Source of the DNA: Bacteroidales bacterium
Lineage (GTDB): Bacteria; Bacteroidota; Bacteroidia; Bacteroidales; UBA12077
Direction: 5' to 3'
Length of the DNA stretch: 51,420 nt
NCBI GenBank assembly: GCA_018334875.1
Contig: JAGXLC010000001.1
Location: 1 to 51,420, forward strand
Shown here: positions 38,653 through 48,069 of the stretch, one piece after another
Position numbering within the stretch: position 1 is the first letter of the stretch
Layout: each line of letters starts with the position of its first letter
Translations under genes and position numbers: made by a program
The notes under the pieces: model-generated
The model's database searches: none
What the model saw: the letters and a program-made list of their open reading frames with translations, nothing else
What the model was told of the DNA's origin: nothing

Positions 38653-39537
38653 TTAATCCTCAGTATTATTTTCTATGATCGACATGATTCGTTCCAGGTC
38701 TTTATCCGATTTAAAAGGAATGATGATCTTGCCTTTTCCGTTGTTGTTTCGTTTGAGTTCTATATTCGTATCGAAATGGCTGGCCAGATGATTTTTAACC
38801 TGTTTATATTCTTCGGGCAGCTCTGCTTTGGGAGCTGACGGGCTTTTTTTCTTTTTTTGCTCCTGTTGGCTGAGTTCCCGGATGATTTCTTCGGTTTTTC
38901 TTACCGAGAGCCCTTCGTCAAGAATCCTGTAATAAGCTTTAAGTTGCTTCTCAGGATCTTCAATATTAATCAGCGTTCGGGCGTGACCCATGGATATTTT
39001 CCGGTCCCTGATGCCCAGTTGAATTTCTGCCGGTAATTTAAGCAGACGCAGATAATTTGAGATGGTTGCCCTTTTTTTACCCACCCGGGTACTTAGATTT
39101 TCCTGGGTTAGCTCACATTCCTCTATCAGTCTTTGATAACTGATGGCCACTTCTATAGAATCAAGGTCCTCACGCTGAATATTTTCTACCAGGGCCATTT
39201 CCAGCATGGCCTGATCATCGGCAGTTCTGATGAACGCAGGGATGGTTTTGATACCGGCTATCTTAGCTGCTCTGTATCGCCTTTCTCCTGTGATGAGCTG
39301 AAATTTGGACTCGTTGATCTGTCTGACGGTAATGGGTTGAATGACACCAATCTCCTTGATGGAGCTGGCCAGATCGTTTAAGCCCTCCTCATTGAAGCTG
39401 GTTCTGGGCTGGTAAGGATTCACCTCAATGTTTTCCAGATTAATCTCATTGACGGCATCCACATGATATTTATTTTCATTGCCGGCATCTTCGATTAATG
39501 CGCCCAGCCCTTTTCCTAATGCATTTCTTTTAGCCAT
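38653..39537 (-). CDS. parB: chromosome partitioning protein ParB
   Basis: ParB box GERRYRAAK, a helix-turn-helix region, 294 aa. Confidence 0.92.
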   Translation of the reverse strand: MAKRNALGKGLGALIEDAGNENKYHVDAVNEINLENIEVNPYQPRTSFNEEGLNDLASSIKEIGVIQPITVRQINESKFQLITGERRYRAAKIAGIKTIPAFIRTADDQAMLEMALVENIQREDLDSIEVAISYQRLIEECELTQENLSTRVGKKRATISNYLRLLKLPAEIQLGIRDRKISMGHARTLINIEDPEKQLKAYYRILDEGLSVRKTEEIIRELSQQEQKKKKSPSAPKAELPEEYKQVKNHLASHFDTNIELKRNNNGKGKIIIPFKSDKDLERIMSIIENNTED

Positions 39538-39563
39538 TGTCGATTGAATTGTTAGTAAATGTA

Positions 39564-40364
39564 TTAATTGGCTACTTTGTCCTTATTTGGAATTCTGGTT
39601 TTATCATTTTTTTGAAGCAGTTCCCGGGCAAGATTCAAGTGATTGACCGCCCCTTTGGAGTTGGCATCGTACATTACCACCGGCTTTCCATAACTCGGAG
39701 ATTCTCCAAGTTTGATGTTTCTTTGAATGATGGTGTCGAAGACCATGGATTGGAAGTGCTTCTTTACTTCATCCACTACCTGGTTTGAAAGCCTGAGCCT
39801 TGCATCATACATAGTTAACAGAAAACCTTCGATCTCAAGACTGGTATTCAGCCTATTTTGTATGATCTTAATGGTATTGAGCAGTTTACCAAGCCCTTCC
39901 AGAGCAAAGTATTCGCATTGTACGGGTATGATGACCGAATCGGCAGCAGTTAATGCATTTACAGTAATGAGACCAAGAGAGGGAGAACAGTCGATCAAAA
40001 CAAAATCATAATCCTCCTTCACCTTTTCGGTGACTTTTTTGAGCATATACTCCCGGTTCGGTTGATCAAGCATTTCGATTTCCGAGCCTACCAGATCAAT
40101 ATGAGAAGGTATGATGTCAAATCCTTCAGTGTCACTGCTCAAAATAATGTCTTTGGGATTGATGTCATCGTTCAGGCATTCATAAATGCTGGTTTTGATC
40201 GAACGAATGTCAAATCCCGTGCCTGATGTGGCATTTGCCTGAGGGTCCGCGTCTATGAGTAATACTTTATACTCCAGAACAGCCAGACTTGCACTTAAAT
40301 TGATTGCCGTAGTAGTTTTTCCTACTCCTCCTTTTTGATTTGCTAAAGCTATTACTTTTCCCAT
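39564..40364 (-). CDS. parA: chromosome partitioning ATPase ParA/Soj
   Basis: Deviant Walker A NQKGGVGKTTT. 266 aa. Upstream of parB. Confidence 0.92.
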   Translation of the reverse strand: MGKVIALANQKGGVGKTTTAINLSASLAVLEYKVLLIDADPQANATSGTGFDIRSIKTSIYECLNDDINPKDIILSSDTEGFDIIPSHIDLVGSEIEMLDQPNREYMLKKVTEKVKEDYDFVLIDCSPSLGLITVNALTAADSVIIPVQCEYFALEGLGKLLNTIKIIQNRLNTSLEIEGFLLTMYDARLRLSNQVVDEVKKHFQSMVFDTIIQRNIKLGESPSYGKPVVMYDANSKGAVNHLNLARELLQKNDKTRIPNKDKVAN

Positions 40365-40418
40365 ATTATTGAATTTATAATGTTTTCATATATGCGCAAG
40401 ATGCCATAAAGACATTTT

Positions 40419-40426
40419 CAAAATTA
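40419..40426 (-). promoter_or_regulatory. candidate -7 box TAATTTTG on the minus strand for parA
   Basis: Plus-strand CAAAATTA, 55 nt upstream of the parA start. Confidence 0.35.
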
Positions 40427-40568
40427 CAATTTTATGGGCAATTCATGACAAACAGGAAAAATAATTGTAAACAATCTTTTTGTAATTATAAACATTTTTT
40501 TAACAGGAAAATGTTAATTCTTTGAGCAACATGTTTAAAATCAGAGGTAGGGAAGTGGTCTGTTGGGT

Positions 40569-41567
40569 CTATGAAATAAGGTTCTGGCTTTCTTTAAGCA
40601 GTTGCTCTTTGTTTATAGGAACCACGCCGGCTTTTTCACATACCTGGCCTCCGCCTATGTTGGACAGTTCAGCAATGACCCAGGGTGATAAACCTGCGGC
40701 CATTCCCACGGCAGCTATACTGATAATGGTGTCACCTGCTCCGGAAACATCGGATATGTCCCTTACTTTGGCCTGTATCATTTGATATTCCTGATTATTG
40801 CTCATGAATATCCCTGCCTCCGAAAGAGTTATCAGCATCCAGTTGATATTTTGTTCTTTGTGCATGATCCGCGCGGCTTTGAGTATACCCTTAACATTGG
40901 TTTTTTCCAGGGAGTTCAGGTTGAGTCCTTCCACCAGTTCTTTGAAATTAGGCTTGAAAAGGGTGACATTTTTGTACAGTAGATAATTCCTTTTTTTAGG
41001 GTCCACAAGAGTGGGTATACCCAGTTTATTGGAATACACGACAATTTTTTCTATAATTTCCGGAGTGATGGTACCTTTGTCATAATCTTCAAATAAAATG
41101 GCATTCAGCTTTTCATTATTTATAATATAAAGCAGGTGATTCAGAAAAGCCTCCTCGGTTTCGGGATCCAGTGCTTCATTGACCTCTTCATCTATTCGAA
41201 GCAATTGTTGATTATGACTAATGATTCTGGTTTTTACAGATGTTGACCGGCTATTCGATTCATATATAGCCTGTTTGCTCAGGCTTTTCTCCTGAAGGAG
41301 CTTTTTGAACAGTTCCGCTTTTTCATCATTACCAATGGTGGAAGCCAGTATGGGTTCAGCTCCCAGGGCTTTGATGTTAAGCGCTACATTGGCTGCCCCT
41401 CCAAGCCGGCTTTCTCTTTTGGTTTTGGTTACAACGGGAACCGGGGCTTCAGGAGATATTCGCTCCACATCACCCCATAAATAGGAATCCACCATGGAGT
41501 CGCCGATGACCAGAATTTTTTGTTCATTGAAGGCATCGAAGGCTTCTTTTATGTCGTAGTAATTCAC
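40569..41567 (-). CDS. rfaE: D-glycero-beta-D-manno-heptose-7-phosphate kinase-like (RfaE/HldE domain I, PfkB family)
   Basis: ILVIGDSMVDSYLWGDVERISPEAPVPVV N-terminus and DVSGAGDT near the C-terminus. Kinase domain only. Confidence 0.8.
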   Translation of the reverse strand: MNYYDIKEAFDAFNEQKILVIGDSMVDSYLWGDVERISPEAPVPVVTKTKRESRLGGAANVALNIKALGAEPILASTIGNDEKAELFKKLLQEKSLSKQAIYESNSRSTSVKTRIISHNQQLLRIDEEVNEALDPETEEAFLNHLLYIINNEKLNAILFEDYDKGTITPEIIEKIVVYSNKLGIPTLVDPKKRNYLLYKNVTLFKPNFKELVEGLNLNSLEKTNVKGILKAARIMHKEQNINWMLITLSEAGIFMSNNQEYQMIQAKVRDISDVSGAGDTIISIAAVGMAAGLSPWVIAELSNIGGGQVCEKAGVVPINKEQLLKESQNLIS

Positions 41568-41742
41568 TGTAGCGATTTTTGATTCAATTTTCAGGCGATA
41601 AAAATAATTTATTCAATCTTCCCTCTAAATGAGTCTTATCATGTTTGACGGGATTTCGGCTTTTTCTCGGGAATTTTATTTGATTTTTATTCAAATTCTC
41701 AGTATTTTCATAGACAAAATTATAAAAAAAATTTGAGCACAT

Positions 41743-42552
41743 GTGAAATCTCTATGTCTTCTGTATCTATTGGTTTTCTGGTGTTTACCTGGCGTGCTTG
41801 CTTCCAATGATCTGGTTCCCATAGGAGCGCGTTCATCCGGCATTGCAAATGCAAGTGTTATGCTGCCCGATTTTTCAAGTGTTTTTCATAATCAGGCGGG
41901 ACTGGCATTTTTGGAATCTGTATCTGTGGGATTTCATCACAGAAGCGGTTTTGTGAAGGAGATGGACCGGCAGGCTTTGGCTGTGCTATTTCCTACTTCA
42001 ACCGGTACTCTGGCTTCATCATTTTCTTATTACGGATATTCTTACTATCAGGAAACCAAGGCAGGATTGGCTTATGGACAATTCCTGGCTAAAGATTTGG
42101 CGGCAGGCGTACAGATCGACTATTTCAATACCCGTATTACTGGAGAATATGGCAAAGCTGATATACTCACCTTTGAAGCCGGTTTGATGTTTAAAATGAT
42201 GGATCATTTGTATGTGGGAACTCACGTATTTAATCCTGTCAGGGTTGGCATAGGGGAAGTGCAGGAGAAAATTCCAACCGTTTTCCGTATTGGAGTGGGT
42301 TACCGATTCAAAGAAAATGTGTTGGTTTGCGTGGAAGGAGAAAAGGATTTGGAAAGAGCGGTGGTGCCCAAAGTGGGAGTTGAGTATCAGCCTCTGGGCG
42401 AGCTTTCTATTCGTAGCGGAATGTCAGTGAACCCTGTAATGAATTTTTTTGGGCTTGGTTATTCCTGGAAATCTTTTCATGCCGATGTTGCTTTTTCTTA
42501 TCATCAAATTCTTGGCTATATGCCAGATTTTTCTCTGAATTATGAATTCTAG
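41743..42552 (+). CDS. putative small outer-membrane beta-barrel protein (PorV/PorQ/FadL-like N-terminal motif)
   Basis: GTG start. Signal peptide, then GARSSGIANASVM ... FHNQAGLAF, an alternating strand pattern, and a C-terminal ...LNYEF. There is an 11-nt overlap with the next CDS. Confidence 0.5.
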   Translation: MKSLCLLYLLVFWCLPGVLASNDLVPIGARSSGIANASVMLPDFSSVFHNQAGLAFLESVSVGFHHRSGFVKEMDRQALAVLFPTSTGTLASSFSYYGYSYYQETKAGLAYGQFLAKDLAAGVQIDYFNTRITGEYGKADILTFEAGLMFKMMDHLYVGTHVFNPVRVGIGEVQEKIPTVFRIGVGYRFKENVLVCVEGEKDLERAVVPKVGVEYQPLGELSIRSGMSVNPVMNFFGLGYSWKSFHADVAFSYHQILGYMPDFSLNYEF

Positions 42553-44617
42553 GCTGATATTTACTATGGTATATTGCCTGTTGTTTGGAACCGCTATATC
42601 TCAGGAAACAGAAATGCTGAACAGCAATATAGAGGATCTGATTGAATCTGTTATTGTTGATAATGAAGTGGAACAAGATATCTCTGTTATTGCAGAAGAT
42701 CTGAATTATTACCTGACCCATCCCCTTAATCTTAATGCGGCTTCATCGGAAGATCTGAGCCGTCTGCACATGTTAAATCCTTTTCAGATTAAGAGCTTGC
42801 AGGATTATATCAGGAAGAACGGTTCCTTGCTAAGCATCTATGAGTTGCCGCTGGTTTTTGGTTTTTCCACGGAACTGGCAGGAAAGTTGCAGCCTTTTGT
42901 TACTGTGGACGAAGTTTCCGGAGAGAACAATATGCAGGATGTTTCAGCAAAAGAAATGTTAGATTGGGGTAAACATCAGCTTCTCCTGCGATCGGGAAAA
43001 GTTCTGGAACGACAGGAAGGTTACGTCAGTCTACCGGATTCATTACTTGAACTGAATCCCAATAAGCAATATCTGGGAAGTCCTTATACATTTTATTCGC
43101 GATACCGTTTTCGCTACCGGAACCAGTTGTCTTTGGGCGTCACGATGGAGAAAGATGCCGGAGAACAATTTTTCAGCGGGAGTAACCCGTATGGCTTTGA
43201 TTTTAACTCCGGCCACTTCTTCCTGTCAAATACAAAATGGATCGACCGGCTGGTAATAGGCGATTATAAAGTGCGTTACGGGCAGGGATTGGTTGCCTGG
43301 ACCGGATTTACGATCAACAAATCGCCCATGGTCATGAATATGATGAAAAATATTCACCGGATTGATCCATATACTTCTAAAAATGAAAACCTCTATTTTC
43401 GGGGGGTGGCTTTGGAGAAAAAATTTGGAGACTTCAGGGGGTCTTTTTTTTATTCAAACCGGAATCTTGATGCCAATGTTCTTCATCGTTCTGATACCGG
43501 AGGCCTGGTTGTTTCTTCCCTGCTAAATACAGGCTATCACAGACTGCCGAGGGAGCTGGAGGATGAAAACGTGTTGAATGAACAGATAACGGGTGGTAGC
43601 TTTTCCTTGAATCAGCCTACTTTCAGGGTATCCATAAACTTCATGGATTGGGTTTTAGATGGTGAGTTACAAAAAACAGACCGCCCATACAAGATGTTTG
43701 ATTTTTCCGGGAGCCACAATTCGAACCTCAGTGTTGACTACCGCTTATCTCTTGGCCGGTTCTATTTTTTCGGGGAGGAGGCATTGAGCAATGGGGGAGG
43801 GTTGGCTTTTTTGAATGGTTGTTACGGACAATTATCATCGGCAATGGGTGTTGTATTGCTGCACCGTTCCTACGATAGAGATTATCAAGCCTTTTATTCC
43901 GGGGCTTTCGGCGAGAAAACCGGTAACCGGAATGAATCGGGTTTGTATATGGGTGCCAATGCGGGTATTCTGCCTAACTTGACACTTAAGGGTTATATGG
44001 ATGTATATCGTTTTCCGTGGCTGAGTTATTTAACTGATGGTCCATCTGAAGGATGGGATTGCATGGTAGATATGGAATATGAATTTGGGGATCGGTCATC
44101 GGTGAATTTCCGTTTTCGCCGCAGCGAGGATATGGAGAATTATTTGGGTCCGAACAGTAAAATTGTCCGCCTGATGGATTATAAAAAAACGAATATAAGG
44201 GGCCATTTGCGTTACAGGATTACTGACAAACTTGTTTTACAGAATCGCATTGAAAAGGTTTTTGTTCGATCTTCAGAATTTTCTTCGGGTTTAATGTTTT
44301 ATCAGGATATCTCTTTTAAGCCTGAGAATGCGCCTCTGGGTTTTGATATTCGTTATGCCGTATTTGATACCGATAGTTATAAAGACCGGATCTATGCTTA
44401 CGAAAATGATGTTTTATATGCTTTTTCCGTACCTGCCTACTATGGCAAAGGGTACAGAGCTTATATCAATCTGAAGTACGTTTATAAAAATTCGGATTGG
44501 TGGCTGAAACTTGCCCGTACCGGTTATACCGACAGGGAGACTATTGGGACGGGGTTGAATCAGATTGACGGTAATTCCAAAACAACCGTTACTTTTCAGG
44601 TAGGCCTGAAATTTTAA
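42542..44617 (+). CDS. helix-hairpin-helix (ComEA-like) domain protein fused to a large predicted outer-membrane beta-barrel
   Basis: Signal peptide MNSRLIFTMVYCLLFGTAISQ. ComEA-like segment LNLNAASSEDLSRLHMLNPFQIKSLQDYIRKNGSLLSIYELPLVFGFSTELAGKLQPFV. About 550 aa of beta-rich sequence ending TVTFQVGLKF. Confidence 0.7.
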   Translation: MNSRLIFTMVYCLLFGTAISQETEMLNSNIEDLIESVIVDNEVEQDISVIAEDLNYYLTHPLNLNAASSEDLSRLHMLNPFQIKSLQDYIRKNGSLLSIYELPLVFGFSTELAGKLQPFVTVDEVSGENNMQDVSAKEMLDWGKHQLLLRSGKVLERQEGYVSLPDSLLELNPNKQYLGSPYTFYSRYRFRYRNQLSLGVTMEKDAGEQFFSGSNPYGFDFNSGHFFLSNTKWIDRLVIGDYKVRYGQGLVAWTGFTINKSPMVMNMMKNIHRIDPYTSKNENLYFRGVALEKKFGDFRGSFFYSNRNLDANVLHRSDTGGLVVSSLLNTGYHRLPRELEDENVLNEQITGGSFSLNQPTFRVSINFMDWVLDGELQKTDRPYKMFDFSGSHNSNLSVDYRLSLGRFYFFGEEALSNGGGLAFLNGCYGQLSSAMGVVLLHRSYDRDYQAFYSGAFGEKTGNRNESGLYMGANAGILPNLTLKGYMDVYRFPWLSYLTDGPSEGWDCMVDMEYEFGDRSSVNFRFRRSEDMENYLGPNSKIVRLMDYKKTNIRGHLRYRITDKLVLQNRIEKVFVRSSEFSSGLMFYQDISFKPENAPLGFDIRYAVFDTDSYKDRIYAYENDVLYAFSVPAYYGKGYRAYINLKYVYKNSDWWLKLARTGYTDRETIGTGLNQIDGNSKTTVTFQVGLKF

Positions 44618-44627
44618 ACAGTATGGC

Positions 44628-46352
44628 TTATTTCTTGATTTTAATGTCTTTGATATTGAGCTGAAGGGTACGGTTTCCGCGGAAATTATTCTCTTCTACC
44701 GAGAAGCATATATCAAAAGGTTTGCCTTTGTGGATGTCGGAATAGTGATCAGCCTGTTGAAAGGCAATTCCCGGAAATAATTTTCCGGGATTATTTTTCT
44801 GCACCAATGAAAGTTTCATGTGTTCTTTATTGGGGCCAACCAAACGGGCCTCGCCGGTATCTTTTACATCTCTGGCTACAAATAGGGGTGCCAGATTCTG
44901 CGGTCCGAAAGGCTGAAATTGTTTGAGAATCTTATAAAACCTTTCTGTAATATTACTGAACTCAATTTCCGAATCGATGTTCAGTTGGGGAATGAGCTGC
45001 TCTTCCGTGAGGTTTTGTTCTACGATCCTTTCAAACCGTTGCTTGAATTTATTGATGTTCTCAATTTCTATGGTTAGCCCGGCTGCATAAGTATGGCCTC
45101 CGAAGTTCTCAATCAGATCGCTGCATTCATTCAGGGCTTCGTAAATATCAAATCCGGGAACAGATCTGGCTGAACCGGTTGCCAGGCCATTCGAAGCGGT
45201 TAGAATGATGGTGGGACGGTAATAAATTTCGATCATCCGGGAAGCTACTATACCCACCACTCCTTTATGCCAGCTGGAATTGTAAAGAACCGTTGACTTT
45301 TTCTCCTGAAATCCTGGCTCGCTGGAGATCATTTTTATGGCATGCTGGGTTATATTTCTGTCGATGTTTTTCCGTTCATCGTTACAGGAATTAACCTTTT
45401 TGGCCATATTATCGGCCTTCTTTTTATTGGAGGTAATCAGCAGGTCAACGGCGTTTTTTCCCGATTCCAGCCTGCCGGTGGCGTTGATGCGCGGCCCGAT
45501 ACGAAACACAATGTCCTCCACCACAATTTGATGATGCTTATCTCCCAACCCCGATACATCAATGATTGCTTTCAGGCCGGTGCGGGGATTGTTGTTCAAT
45601 TGTTTCAGCCCAAAAAAGGTCATTATTCGGTTTTCATCAATGATGGGAACAATATCCGAAGCGATGCTTACTGCAACCAGGTCGAGAAAAGTATACAGAT
45701 ATTCAGCATCGATGTGGTTGGTTCTTGAAAAAGCCTGCAGCATCTTAAAACCCACTCCGCATCCGCTTAATTCCTTGAAGGGATAAGCACAGTCTTTTCT
45801 TTTTGGATCCAGTACTGCAACTGCATTGGGTAGATTTTTTTCTGGGGTGTGGTGGTCGCATATAATGAAATCGATGTTCAGGCTGTTGGCATAATCTATT
45901 TTCTCCACTGCCTTAATACCACAATCCAGTGCGATAATCAGTGATACGTTGTCATGGGCTGCATAATTGATGCCTTTATATGAAACGCCATAACCTTCCG
46001 CGTATCGGTCGGGTATGTAGTAATCAAGGTTAGAGTAGAATTTGCTCAAAAAGGAATAAACCATGGCAACGGAAGTGGTGCCATCTACATCGTAATCGCC
46101 GTAAATCAAGATTCTTTGGTTGCTTTGTATGGCTTTTTCAATGCGTTCAATGGCAAGGTTCATGTCCTCCATCCTAAACGGATCGTAGAGACTTTCCAGC
46201 CTGGGCCGGAAAAAACTTTTTGCCTGATCAAAAGTTTTGATCCCTCGTTGAACCAACAAGGTGGCCAAGAGATCATTAATATTTAAAACTTCTGCCAGGT
46301 GATCAACCTCCTTTTGATCTCCTCTGGGTTTGGATACCCATCTTTTTTCCAT
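44628..46352 (-). CDS. recJ: single-stranded-DNA-specific exonuclease RecJ
   Basis: DHH motifs (GDYDVDGTTS, ALDCG, ICDHH) and a DHHA1 region (GGHTYAAG). Confidence 0.92.
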   Translation of the reverse strand: MEKRWVSKPRGDQKEVDHLAEVLNINDLLATLLVQRGIKTFDQAKSFFRPRLESLYDPFRMEDMNLAIERIEKAIQSNQRILIYGDYDVDGTTSVAMVYSFLSKFYSNLDYYIPDRYAEGYGVSYKGINYAAHDNVSLIIALDCGIKAVEKIDYANSLNIDFIICDHHTPEKNLPNAVAVLDPKRKDCAYPFKELSGCGVGFKMLQAFSRTNHIDAEYLYTFLDLVAVSIASDIVPIIDENRIMTFFGLKQLNNNPRTGLKAIIDVSGLGDKHHQIVVEDIVFRIGPRINATGRLESGKNAVDLLITSNKKKADNMAKKVNSCNDERKNIDRNITQHAIKMISSEPGFQEKKSTVLYNSSWHKGVVGIVASRMIEIYYRPTIILTASNGLATGSARSVPGFDIYEALNECSDLIENFGGHTYAAGLTIEIENINKFKQRFERIVEQNLTEEQLIPQLNIDSEIEFSNITERFYKILKQFQPFGPQNLAPLFVARDVKDTGEARLVGPNKEHMKLSLVQKNNPGKLFPGIAFQQADHYSDIHKGKPFDICFSVEENNFRGNRTLQLNIKDIKIKK

Positions 46353-46370
46353 GGCCTTTTCTGGTTTAGG

Positions 46371-47084
46371 TTATTCAACAATCTCCATATCAAAGACTTT
46401 TTCAATATTTGATCTGAGATTTTCTTTTACTGCTTCTATATCCACTTTTTCCCCGAGTTCCTGTTCCATAGAGGTGACTCCTTTGTCGGTAAATCCGCAA
46501 GGGTTGATGTAATTGAAATAATTTAGGTCCGTATTGACATTGAAGGCAAATCCGTGCATGGTAACAAAATGGCTCGCTCTGACTCCTATGGCACAGATTT
46601 TTCTGGTTTTTTTCGGATCGTGGGTATCGAGCCACACGCCCGAGGATTTTTCGAGATGATGGCCTTCAATGTTATAACTTTTCAGTGTAGCAATGACAGC
46701 CTCTTCCAGGTTATAAATGTATCTTTTCACCTGAAGGTTGAATTGTTCCAGATCGAGGATGGGATATCCCACAATCTGACCCGGCCCGTGATAGGTAATA
46801 TCTCCGCCACGGTTGATCCTATAGTAGGTGGCATTGATCTTATTCAGAAAATCCTTGTTTATAAGGAAATTGTTTTCTTCACCGCTTTTACCCAGTGTAA
46901 AAACATGGGGATGTTCGCAGAACAAAAGATAATTCAAAGGTTTGTCTGCATGCTCCCCTTTTTTTCTTTTCTCATTCAATAAGGTATTAAAGAGTTCCTC
47001 CTGATAATCCCATGTCCTTTTATAGTCTGTTATTCCCAGGTCTTTAAAATGAACTTTGGCTTTCATACCATCCTCCTTAAGCAT
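46371..47084 (-). CDS. lipB: lipoyl(octanoyl) transferase
   Basis: RGGDITYHGPGQ motif and catalytic region KICAIGV. The start overlaps the lipA stop by 8 nt. Confidence 0.9.
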   Translation of the reverse strand: MLKEDGMKAKVHFKDLGITDYKRTWDYQEELFNTLLNEKRKKGEHADKPLNYLLFCEHPHVFTLGKSGEENNFLINKDFLNKINATYYRINRGGDITYHGPGQIVGYPILDLEQFNLQVKRYIYNLEEAVIATLKSYNIEGHHLEKSSGVWLDTHDPKKTRKICAIGVRASHFVTMHGFAFNVNTDLNYFNYINPCGFTDKGVTSMEQELGEKVDIEAVKENLRSNIEKVFDMEIVE

Positions 47085-47940
47085 TTACATGTTTGTCAGC
47101 ATGATATGAAGAACGTACCAATGGGTGGCTTTCTACAAAGCTGAATCCTTTTTCCAGGCCTTTGTTTTTAAAGGTATTGAATTTTTCGGGTTCGATGAAG
47201 CGGTCAACAGGCAAGTGATCCACAGTAGGCTGAAGATACTGCCCAATGGTAAATACTTTGCAGCCTGCTTCAATCAAATCATCCATGGTTTTATAAATTT
47301 CATCTTCTGTTTCTCCCAATCCCGCCATTATACCCGATTTGGCAATAATGCCGGAAGAAGCTATGTGTCGGATAACTTTCAGGCTGCGATGGTATTTGGC
47401 CTTGGTCCTGATTTTAGGGGTTAGCCTTTCAACGGTTTCCAGGTTATGAGAGATGACTTCGGGACCGGCATCGATGATCTGATCGATGAGATCAGGATTG
47501 CCATCAAAATCTGGGATGAGCGCTTCCATAGTGATTCCGGGATTTTTTTCCCGGATTTTTCTTATGGTTTCGGCCCATATTCCGGCCCCCCGGTCACTGA
47601 GGTCGTCGCGGTCAACCGAGGTAAGCACTGCATGATTGATATCCATAATCCTGATCGTTTCGGCTACCCGTTCCGGTTCTCCATAATCGGGAGCTGCAGG
47701 CTTGCCTGTTTGTACGCCGCAGAATTTGCAGGATCTTGTACATATTTCGCCCAGAATCATGAAAGTTGCCGTGCCCCGGTTCCAGCACTCTCCAATATTC
47801 GGGCATTTGCCGCTCGTGCAAATGGTATGGAGATTGTGCTGATTCAACCTGTTTTTCATCTTTGAATAGTTCTCCCCTTTGGGCATTTCCATTTTCATCC
47901 AACGGGGCAGTCTTTTGTATTCTTTATATTTTGTATGCAT
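47077..47940 (-). CDS. lipA: lipoyl synthase (radical SAM)
   Basis: CPNIGECW auxiliary-cluster motif and radical-SAM CTRSCKFC. The ORF opens at 47991 with a K/R-rich stretch; the ATG at 47940 (MHTKYKEY) is my preferred start. The start is uncertain. Confidence 0.88.
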   Translation of the reverse strand: MHTKYKEYKRLPRWMKMEMPKGENYSKMKNRLNQHNLHTICTSGKCPNIGECWNRGTATFMILGEICTRSCKFCGVQTGKPAAPDYGEPERVAETIRIMDINHAVLTSVDRDDLSDRGAGIWAETIRKIREKNPGITMEALIPDFDGNPDLIDQIIDAGPEVISHNLETVERLTPKIRTKAKYHRSLKVIRHIASSGIIAKSGIMAGLGETEDEIYKTMDDLIEAGCKVFTIGQYLQPTVDHLPVDRFIEPEKFNTFKNKGLEKGFSFVESHPLVRSSYHADKHVNA

Positions 47941-48011
47941 TGAATAAACAGTTTTTAAGTTCCTTTTCCTTTTAAGAACTTTTCTTTTCACCAGTTCTTT
48001 TTAACTTTATG

Positions 48012-48019
48012 CAAAGTTA
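48012..48019 (-). promoter_or_regulatory. candidate -7 box TAACTTTG on the minus strand for lipA-lipB
   Basis: Plus-strand CAAAGTTA, upstream of both candidate lipA starts. Confidence 0.35.
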
Positions 48020-48069
48020 ATATTTATATCAGTTAAATCATTGAAAACATCTAATATCTTCCGGCCGCC

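Noticed and set aside
38653-40364. parA-parB as an indicator of a plasmid or mobile element
   Set aside because: The genes are flanked on both sides by chromosomal housekeeping genes in a typical Bacteroidota chromosomal synteny. There are no replication initiator, relaxase, integrase or transposase genes.
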